A DNA stretch of 64,000 nucleotides from Candidatus Elulimicrobium sp. Its GTDB lineage: Bacteria > Patescibacteriota > Minisyncoccia > Phycocordibacterales > UBA918. The stretch is from positions 5,980 through 69,979 of the forward strand of contig DYNY01000002.1 in the NCBI GenBank assembly GCA_020720815.1, in the 5' to 3' direction. The translations under genes and the position numbers were made by a program. The notes under the pieces are model-generated. The model had not been told where the DNA came from, did no database searches, and saw only the letters and a program-made list of their open reading frames with translations. Each line of letters starts with the position of its first letter. Positions within the stretch are counted from its first letter, which is position 1. Positions 57,317-64,000 of the stretch are shown one piece after another.

Positions 57317-58240
57317 ATGATTCATCATTATTTTAGAAGAACTGTAGAGGGAGCTATGACTGAGGCTGATGATGCAACTTCTGGAGGATGGACTCATGTT
57401 GTGGGACCTTCGCCAGAGGAGTTTTTTAATGTCATAGAGAAGTATAATCTTGAAAATACTATCGTTGAGGATATAAAAGACTTTTTTGAGGTGCCTCGAT
57501 TTGAAATTGAAGGCTCTAATGCATACTTTTTTACCCGGTACCCGTATGATGTAAAAGATCACGATATAGACACGGCTCCGATTTTGTTTATCTTGAACGA
57601 AAATTCAATTATTACTATTGCTGAACAAGAGGTGCCATTTTTAGACGCTTTTGCGGAAGGTAAGCGAGAATTTACTACCACCGAGAAGACAGGGCTATTT
57701 TTGGAATTTTTAACTGAATTAATGGTGGCCTATGAGCGTAAACTGACTCGTATTAGAAAAATGGTGTATAAAGATATGGGGCGGGTGCGTAGTATTAAAG
57801 GGAAGGATTTACAACGTTTGGTATTTATTGAACAGGAGTTAAATGAGGTTATTTCTGCTTTGGTCCCGACTAACGTTTGGGTTAACCAGCTAGCTAAAGG
57901 TAACCGCATTAAGTTTCTGGAAGATGACCGAGAGTTGCTAGAGGACTTGCTCATTGAGTGTGGTCAGTTGATTGATTCGGCTAAGTCAATCCTAAAAACC
58001 ATTCAAAACATTCGTGGTGCTACTGAAGCGATTTTGACCCAGGGTCTTAATAGCACCCTTCGTACCCTTACGGCTGTCACTATCGTCCTTACTATACCAA
58101 CATTAGTTTCTTCACTTTTTGGAATGAACGTACCTAACCCATTGGAGAGTTACCCACAAGCATTTTGGATAGTAGTGGCAATGATTATGTTGGCGGTAGC
58201 ATTTACTGTGTACTTTTTTAATAAAAATCGCTGGATGTAG
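57317..58240 (+). CDS. corA: CorA-family Mg2+/Co2+ transporter
   Basis: Two C-terminal TM helices with an FGMNVPNP (GMN) motif. Confidence 0.85.
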   Translation: MIHHYFRRTVEGAMTEADDATSGGWTHVVGPSPEEFFNVIEKYNLENTIVEDIKDFFEVPRFEIEGSNAYFFTRYPYDVKDHDIDTAPILFILNENSIITIAEQEVPFLDAFAEGKREFTTTEKTGLFLEFLTELMVAYERKLTRIRKMVYKDMGRVRSIKGKDLQRLVFIEQELNEVISALVPTNVWVNQLAKGNRIKFLEDDRELLEDLLIECGQLIDSAKSILKTIQNIRGATEAILTQGLNSTLRTLTAVTIVLTIPTLVSSLFGMNVPNPLESYPQAFWIVVAMIMLAVAFTVYFFNKNRWM

Positions 58241-58279
58241 GGTGGTAAAAGTGAATCAGGGTTGTGATATTATTTTGGG

Positions 58280-58717
58280 ATGAATGAAATTGAATCTAGT
58301 GTTAAAGTGGGTGAATTTGTACCAAAATGGAATGATGGTAATTTAGAAATTCCACTAGAAAATTTACTTAGTGAGCAGCAGTTATTAATGCGGCTGATGG
58401 TGCCAGGAAAAATTAGATCACTTGTGTCAGAGAGCGATGGCGAACAGGTCGGGATTGAAGATGCCTTATTTGAAAAATGGTACGTCAAATATTCCAAACT
58501 TTTTAGAGAGTATTGCAATGACCTCGACCAAAATGACGAGTATGAAAAGGGGCTTATCCCAAGAATTGTGACGGGAAGACTAACCTCTGTAGATTACTCA
58601 ATAATTCAGGAATATTTGGAAAACCCAGCTAACCTAAACGGAGCGGAAGGAATTGGCGGAAAATTTTTTAAAGACGAAGAAGAGGTACAGGAATTCATCA
58701 AGCAATACGTCAACTAA
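58280..58717 (+). CDS. Hypothetical acidic protein (145 aa)
   Basis: ORF only. Confidence 0.5.
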   Translation: MNEIESSVKVGEFVPKWNDGNLEIPLENLLSEQQLLMRLMVPGKIRSLVSESDGEQVGIEDALFEKWYVKYSKLFREYCNDLDQNDEYEKGLIPRIVTGRLTSVDYSIIQEYLENPANLNGAEGIGGKFFKDEEEVQEFIKQYVN

Positions 58718-58790
58718 GGTAGGGAAAGGAGCTAAACCCGTCCATGAACGAAGTTTATGGTCGGGTTTAGGAGTTCCATGGTAAAATACC

Positions 58791-59423
58791 ATGACTATGA
58801 AAAAGCAGGTGTTTTATGTTCATGGCGGCGATTCCTTTACCAAGCCGGAGGATTTTTTGCAGTACATACAAACTAAGACTATTCGTGACTTACCTGGTAG
58901 TATTAAAGAAAAGTCTTGGAAGAAGGCACTACCATTAGACTTGGGTGAAGAATATGAGGTTTTCATGCCTGAGATGCCTAATCGACATAATGCTCATTAT
59001 GCAGAATGGAAGATTTGGTTTGAGCGACATTTCGAATACTTACGGGATGGGGTAATTTTAGTTGGGTGTTCACTGGGCGCGATGTTTCTGGCTAAATATC
59101 TGGCTGAAAATAAACCACCCTTCAAAATTGCTAAGTTATACCTTTTGGCTGGTCCAGGCGGAGATTGGCCACTTCAGCTTGATGGTAACGACTGCCTGAG
59201 CTTTAAGGTCTCGGCCGAAGCGGCTAGTCATATTGCCAAAATGGCTGAAAATATAGAGATCTGGCACTCAGAGGATGATTTTCTTGTACCCTATACGGAA
59301 GCGTATTGGTACCAAAAACACGTGCAAGGTGCAAAACTAAGGCTATTTAAGGACAAAAACCACTTCTTGTTACCGGAATTACCCGAATTAATCGCCGATA
59401 TTAAGCAATTTAGCCAAAACTAG
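58791..59423 (+). CDS. Small alpha/beta serine hydrolase (YdeN/RBBP9-like)
   Basis: GCSLG nucleophile elbow and a roughly 200-aa size. Confidence 0.6.
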   Translation: MTMKKQVFYVHGGDSFTKPEDFLQYIQTKTIRDLPGSIKEKSWKKALPLDLGEEYEVFMPEMPNRHNAHYAEWKIWFERHFEYLRDGVILVGCSLGAMFLAKYLAENKPPFKIAKLYLLAGPGGDWPLQLDGNDCLSFKVSAEAASHIAKMAENIEIWHSEDDFLVPYTEAYWYQKHVQGAKLRLFKDKNHFLLPELPELIADIKQFSQN

Positions 59424-59449
59424 CCAAAAAAGGTTGGTAAGAATTCGTC

Positions 59450-60076
59450 TTGGGGCGCGTCTACGTATATAATGGTTTCCACATGCGGGGTCAAAAACAG
59501 ACAACAGATGCTATGGAAAGCCAAGAAGATCGTTTTTTGAAAGCTTTCGAAGACTACAGTGACGCGCTCTTTCGTCATGCCTCTATCCGAGTCAGTGACC
59601 GAGAGCGAGCGATTGATATCGTGCATGATACTTTTACTAAAGTATGGTCTTATGCCCGAGCTGGTCACCAGATCGACTCCTACCGCTCATTTTTATATAA
59701 AGTACTCAATAATTTAATTATTGATGAGTATCGCAAGCGGAAGGAAGTATCGCTCGATGCACTGTTGTCGGTGGAGGGGGTAGATGAGGGGTCTTTCCCA
59801 GAACTCTCCGAGAATACCGTCGAGGCTTTGGCCGCGACTATCGACGGACGGAAAGCATTTGAGCTATTGGCGGAGCTACCCGATGTTTACCGGGAGGTTA
59901 TCATCATGCGTTTTGTCGACGAGCTCGGGCCACGAGAAATCAGTGATCTGATCGAGGAATCAGAAAACGTCGTTTCGGTCAGGCTTCACCGCGGACTAAA
60001 ACTCCTCCGGGATAAAATAGAAGCCACTATCTTCAGTAAAGAAGAAAACCGTTTGACCAAACAAAAACATACATGA
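59450..60076 (+). CDS. ECF-type RNA polymerase sigma factor
   Basis: Region 2 (LFRHASIRVSDRERAIDIVHDTFTKVW) and region 4 (REVIIMRFVDELGPREISDLIEESENVVSVRLHRGLKLLR). Confidence 0.85.
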   Translation: MGRVYVYNGFHMRGQKQTTDAMESQEDRFLKAFEDYSDALFRHASIRVSDRERAIDIVHDTFTKVWSYARAGHQIDSYRSFLYKVLNNLIIDEYRKRKEVSLDALLSVEGVDEGSFPELSENTVEALAATIDGRKAFELLAELPDVYREVIIMRFVDELGPREISDLIEESENVVSVRLHRGLKLLRDKIEATIFSKEENRLTKQKHT

Positions 60077-61494
60077 AACGCTTCAGCGAACAACTACAAA
60101 AAAAAGCTCTAGATATCCGCCTCAAAGCGGCTGAAAAACGCGAACTACGTGAGCGGGTTGTTTCGTATATGGAATATCATCCAATGTTGGTCAAGGTTCA
60201 GGCTAAGGTAAGGGTCGACAAAAATTTAAATAATGAGCTTGGAGAAGTGACGATTTTGCCAGTTAACTGGTGGAGAGCATTTCAGGTGGCGGGTGCCGTT
60301 TTCGGGGCTTTGGTTTTGAGTATTTCTTATTTTGCTGAACAGGCTGTGCCGGGTGATTCACTTTATGCGGTTAAGGTTAAAGTTAATGAAGAGTTGCGTA
60401 GCACTCTTACCCTTAGCCCTTATGAAAAAGTTGTTTGGGAGACAGAGCGCTTGAATCGACGTATAGCTGAAGCCCGGCTTTTGGCCAGTGAGGGCCGACT
60501 GACTGAGGCGGTAGAAGTAGAGGTAGCTAATGCGGTGCGCGAACACAGTGAAAACGCTAGGCGTGAGATTGAAGTGTTGAAACAAACCGACAAAGAAGAA
60601 GCTACCCTTGCCTCAATTCAATTAACCACAGCGCTTGATGTACAGACCACATCATTACGAAACGATGTAAACGCAAGTACGACCGAAGGGATGTCTACAG
60701 ACCTTATATCTAGTGTTTTGGTGGAAACCCAGCAAAATGAAGTAGCTGCTGGACAAAGTGAACTACCTTCTTATTCACGATTGATGGCTAAGGGAGAACA
60801 AGAGACCACTCGTGCTTTTGAGCTTTTGCAAAGTGTACATAAAGTAGCCACTGAAGAAGAAAAAATTGATATTAAACGTCGACTGGAGGATATAGAACGT
60901 TCGATGGCTGAGGCTATTAACGAAGCGACGGCAGACGATATATTGGCCAGGGAACACTTAATTGAGATTCTGCAACGTACCCAAAAGTTGATTGTTTTCA
61001 TGACTAATATTGACGTGCGTAATTCAGTTACAGTTGAAGAGATTGTGCCGATTACATTGACGACAGAAGAACGTCAAGCGATAGCCAAGAAGACAGCCGA
61101 AGAGATTATTGCGCTACTAGACCGAGCGGATGTGGTTTTATCCGCTACTAGTTCCTATGCAGAACTCAGTGATAAGCTTGCGCCGGCCTCAACCAGAGCC
61201 AGAGCCGATGCCGATAAGGTCTTAGTCGAAATTCTCGTTGCTGATACTGATTTGTCTGCTTTAGAGGCAATAATACAAAATGCTAAGGCAATTACTGATG
61301 ACATCGCTGGCCTACTTAATTTAGCTAATAATGTGACAGAAGAGACGGTACTAGAGCCAGAAGTTATTACGCCGGAAATAGACTTAGAGTTGGCTACTAC
61401 CTCAGCTAGTTCGAGTGAAGAGGTGGCTACCAGTTCAGATGAAGTACGGGAAGAGGTGGAGGTAGAAGAATCAGTCAGCGTTGAGGCTATTTGA
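60073..61494 (+). CDS. Putative anti-sigma factor: cytoplasmic N-terminus, one TM, long extracytoplasmic coiled-coil domain
   Basis: It overlaps the sigma gene stop by 4 nt. TM WWRAFQVAGAVFGALVLSISYFA near residue 85. Confidence 0.5.
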   Translation: MKRFSEQLQKKALDIRLKAAEKRELRERVVSYMEYHPMLVKVQAKVRVDKNLNNELGEVTILPVNWWRAFQVAGAVFGALVLSISYFAEQAVPGDSLYAVKVKVNEELRSTLTLSPYEKVVWETERLNRRIAEARLLASEGRLTEAVEVEVANAVREHSENARREIEVLKQTDKEEATLASIQLTTALDVQTTSLRNDVNASTTEGMSTDLISSVLVETQQNEVAAGQSELPSYSRLMAKGEQETTRAFELLQSVHKVATEEEKIDIKRRLEDIERSMAEAINEATADDILAREHLIEILQRTQKLIVFMTNIDVRNSVTVEEIVPITLTTEERQAIAKKTAEEIIALLDRADVVLSATSSYAELSDKLAPASTRARADADKVLVEILVADTDLSALEAIIQNAKAITDDIAGLLNLANNVTEETVLEPEVITPEIDLELATTSASSSEEVATSSDEVREEVEVEESVSVEAI

Positions 61495-61644
61495 CAATAA
61501 TAACTAGCTTAGTATGTTTATAGACATGAAAGCAAAGGCACTAGCCATCAGGAAAAATCAGAACATAAGTCCAGTTATTGGTTATATTTTCTTCTGGTTT
61601 TTTAGTTTTACCTGGTGGTCGGTTAGTGTCTAAAGAAGTAATCT

Positions 61645-61687
61645 CCTAAAACACAAAACCGGCCTTAGGGCCGGTTTTGTGTTTTAG
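61645..61687 (+). terminator. Strong intrinsic terminator closing the sigma/anti-sigma operon
   Basis: cctaaaacacaaaaccggcc-tta-gggccggttttgtgttttagg. Confidence 0.75.
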
Positions 61688-61720
61688 GAGATTAGAGGTT
61701 TGAGATACGGAGAATGTTGT

Positions 61721-61757
61721 CCGCGGAAGAATTTCAAAGCCTTGAAATTCTTCCGCG
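61721..61757. promoter_or_regulatory. Perfect 16-bp palindrome (4-nt spacer) upstream of the GC-rich cassette. It has no T-run, so it is a candidate operator.
   Basis: ccgcggaagaatttcaa-agcc-ttgaaattcttccgcg. Confidence 0.5.
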
Positions 61758-61878
61758 AAGCGCAGGCAAATACCAAAAGTAATTGCTTAATTCGCACCAT
61801 ATAAAGTAGGGCCAGAATAGTTTCTGGACAGCCTGCGCTAATGATCTTTTACAATCTGACTAACAAGGAGAAAAGAAA

Positions 61879-62436
61879 ATGCTCAAAAACCAAGTAGCGA
61901 TTGGTGTTGATGGCTTTATCACCTACTCGATAGAAAATGGATGGAAGGGGAAAGATTGGTTTGTCGAGCCGATAAAAGTAAACGACTCTGGGGTAATCAA
62001 TCCCGGCTACGCCGTAGATCAGGTTCGGCTCTGTACCGAATTTTCCGAGAAGAAGCAAATACTGCTTCAACACCTGGTGGACTTGCATGAAGCAGCTGAA
62101 GCCGTGGATTGGGGCACGGTTCGGTTTGCTGCGGAGCGACCGGAAGATACCACGAGGGTACTCCGACCGTCGGTTTGGCACAGTCCTGTCTACCGAGCTG
62201 TCACCAAACAGTTGTTTGCGCCAGAAGAAAGAGGTGAGTTGGCTTACGAAATTGAAGGCTTGGCTGATACTGGTTCTAGCGTGATTGATTTTGATGTCAC
62301 GCATCTCTCTCGGGATGAAAGACTCCTGCGGTGGAACCTGCTGAATGCCCTGGCTCCACTGGCGATGGCTTCGGCTCACCGTCAGTTTTGTCTCGGGAAG
62401 CCAGGTTGTCATAAGAGCTGGCGCTACTGTGCGTAG
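61879..62436 (+). CDS. Hypothetical protein (185 aa) encoded in a GC-rich insert
   Basis: AAGGAG sits 8 nt upstream of the ATG. It has a normal amino-acid composition, whereas the antisense 267-aa ORF is R/S/P/L-rich junk. C-terminal CLGKPGCHKSWRYC. Confidence 0.55.
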   Translation: MLKNQVAIGVDGFITYSIENGWKGKDWFVEPIKVNDSGVINPGYAVDQVRLCTEFSEKKQILLQHLVDLHEAAEAVDWGTVRFAAERPEDTTRVLRPSVWHSPVYRAVTKQLFAPEERGELAYEIEGLADTGSSVIDFDVTHLSRDERLLRWNLLNALAPLAMASAHRQFCLGKPGCHKSWRYCA

Positions 62437-62502
62437 AGAGCAAGACTCCCCCTGGGTTGGCGGTGACAAGCAGATTGGTCGGCTTACCAAAGTCAGGTCG
62501 AG

Positions 62503-62823
62503 GTGCTGACTGCCACCTTTGCTGGCCAAGAAAATCGTAGCCGGCAACGCGACGCTTTGGGCAGCGGGCTCTTCTATTGGGCACAGCTGTTGAGTGTGGG
62601 TGGCCGGGAAGTTCTGCGGTTTTGGGTTTTGCCTACGATGGCGCCACAACAAATACTGGTTTGCTTAGAGACAGTCGATGCTTGGCTTGAAGATGCTGTG
62701 TTGGCTATGCAGGGTCTTAAACCCTCGAGTTTGGCAGAAGCGAGTAGTTTTCTTCCGCCCTACCAGGGTCGGCGTATTCCCCACGAACAGTCAGTGAGAT
62801 TGTATTTGTGGGAGTCGCAGTGA
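62503..62823 (+). CDS. Hypothetical protein (106 aa), GTG start, second gene of the GC-rich insert
   Basis: Same strand and the same high GC, ending at a terminator. Weak RBS. Confidence 0.4.
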   Translation: MLTATFAGQENRSRQRDALGSGLFYWAQLLSVGGREVLRFWVLPTMAPQQILVCLETVDAWLEDAVLAMQGLKPSSLAEASSFLPPYQGRRIPHEQSVRLYLWESQ

Positions 62824-62825
62824 AA

Positions 62826-62852
62826 CAGGGAAAGGGCAAAGCCCTTTCCCTG
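62826..62852. terminator. Terminator hairpin shared with the convergent protease gene
   Basis: cagggaaagggc-aaa-gccctttccctg. Confidence 0.65.
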
Positions 62853-62913
62853 TACTCACCTTGTTAGTCCTATTACTGAGTTTGGAAATATTCTTAGTTC
62901 AGTAGTAGCAAAT

Positions 62914-63873
62914 TTAATTACTTAATTCAGTCGCTAAAATATTAATTAGAAAAGGGGAAAGCGTTTCATTGAATATTTTTGCTCGGAAGGGAAGGTTACC
63001 AGAGATGTTTTTTGCTAATGAGAAGCCAGTTTCTTCTAGAATTGTGCGTTCAATATGAGAGAGGGTAATCGCTCTAAGACTGCCTAGTCCATCAGCCTCA
63101 TCATCGCCCCTGGTAACAATGATACCAATCGCCTTACCTTTATTATTGATAACTGGTCCGCCAGAAGAACCTTCAGCTCCGACCGCACTACCACCAATAG
63201 AAATCACATCAGCGTAATTTGAACCAAAGGTATAGAGCTCTGTGATGTGGGTCTTTGCTTTCTTCGGGATGAGGGGAGTGCTGGCGCCGTTGGCGATGAG
63301 GTCAGTGGCCGGGTAGCCAGCCGCTTCGACGGCGTCACCCTTAATCGTGTGTGCAAGTAATTCGGTATCTACCGCTAAGGCTGGGAAACGGGCTGGTAGG
63401 GGCTCTTCATTTAAGGCTTCCGAAACATAGAGTAGGGCGTAATCACGTTCACCGGTTCCGGTTGGTATGGTGGCATCAATGACCGTGGCATTTTTTTGGA
63501 TCCAGGCTGGTGGTAGATAGAGAAGTTCCACTCGATATTTTGCTACGGCCGGGTTGCCTTGGCGAATTACACAGTCAGCTTCCCCGAGAAGATCAGTGCT
63601 TTCCAATAGTAGGTACTGCGCCACGTGCGCGTTAGTCATAATGACGCCATCGCTATGAACAAAAAAACCGGTTCCGGTAGTTGTCCGGATCGTGTCTTTA
63701 GTGATGAAGGTGCAATAAATATTAACCAAAGCATCAAGTGGGTCTTCTACGTAAGTACTGGGTACAGTTGAATCGATGACGGATGCTTGTTGATATTCAG
63801 TACTACGAAGCAAAATATCAGGGATGATACCAGCAGAACTAAATAGAGAGGGTAGGGAAGGTAAGTGAGCCAC
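62914..63873 (-). CDS. Trypsin-like (S1/HtrA-type) serine protease without an obvious PDZ domain
   Basis: Catalytic His (VIMTNAHV) and Ser (AEGSSGGPV) motifs. The track start is a GTG. Confidence 0.8.
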   Translation of the reverse strand: MAHLPSLPSLFSSAGIIPDILLRSTEYQQASVIDSTVPSTYVEDPLDALVNIYCTFITKDTIRTTTGTGFFVHSDGVIMTNAHVAQYLLLESTDLLGEADCVIRQGNPAVAKYRVELLYLPPAWIQKNATVIDATIPTGTGERDYALLYVSEALNEEPLPARFPALAVDTELLAHTIKGDAVEAAGYPATDLIANGASTPLIPKKAKTHITELYTFGSNYADVISIGGSAVGAEGSSGGPVINNKGKAIGIIVTRGDDEADGLGSLRAITLSHIERTILEETGFSLAKNISGNLPFRAKIFNETLSPFLINILATELSN

Positions 63874-64000
63874 ATTGACTGTTTCTTCGACAGTCTCCGG
63901 GGTATTGGTATTGATGTCTAAAATAGCTAATACTTGATTGGCTAGTTGATTAGTGAGGGCGATGTATATGGTAAGTCCAGTGACTAGAATATCGGTGATA

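Noticed and set aside
61849-62652. A 267-aa minus-strand ORF (and the 62297-62584 ORF) across the GC-rich cassette.
   Set aside because: The R/S/P/L-rich composition with no RBS is typical of spurious ORFs in GC-rich DNA. The plus-strand ORF has a strong SD and a normal composition.

Overview
The window reads as a low-GC (about 40-45%), gene-dense bacterial chromosome segment spanning the replication origin: holA-like, polA, ruvB, yebC, ruvC, tyrS, PBP1A, dnaN, dnaA, rpmH, rnpA, yidC, rsmA, pcrA, pnp, rpsO and xerC/D are all present. DnaA-box-like repeats (TGTGTATAA) sit on both sides of dnaA. The gene content (short YebC, short YidC, NYN protein between rpsO and pnp, a lone PilB ATPase, many small membrane proteins) fits a reduced-genome bacterium, possibly a Patescibacteria/CPR or Saccharibacteria-like lineage, but I cannot confirm that from sequence alone.

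The most striking feature is an 11-gene, roughly 12-kb minus-strand operon (16095-28116) lying between yidC and rsmA. It encodes a VirB4-family ATPase with DEAW and R..TQ motifs, a VirB6/TrbL-like polytopic protein, a VirB3-like small membrane protein, a VirB2/TrbC-like pilin domain fused to a C-terminal domain, and several anchored or secreted proteins. There is no relaxase, coupling protein or integrase, so this looks like a chromosomal, non-conjugative T4SS-like apparatus.

The right third of the window (about 52.3-62.9 kb) is mosaic. Three tRNAs (Arg-TCG, Gly-GCC, Pro-TGG) are present. Two of them are followed within 120-180 bp by exact direct repeats of their own 3' ends, which look like att-site scars. 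Between tRNA-Gly and tRNA-Pro is an AT-rich islet carrying a YraN-like nuclease flanked by CACGTG-containing direct repeats. Further right are a protein-kinase-like gene, a small GC-rich gene, and a clearly GC-rich (about 55%) two-gene cassette (61.7-62.9 kb) sealed between two strong terminators and preceded by a perfect 16-bp palindrome.

Other oddities are listed under findings: a membrane-anchored Clp/Hsp100 ATPase whose first ATPase domain has lost its Walker motifs, tandem M14 carboxypeptidase paralogs, a DUF721/DciA-like gene after dnaN, a highly acidic 90-aa protein after ruvC, and two candidate structured RNAs (5301-5425 and 49718-50341).

No CRISPR array, rRNA gene or transposase was seen. 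All calls come from reading the sequence and the ORF track without any database search.
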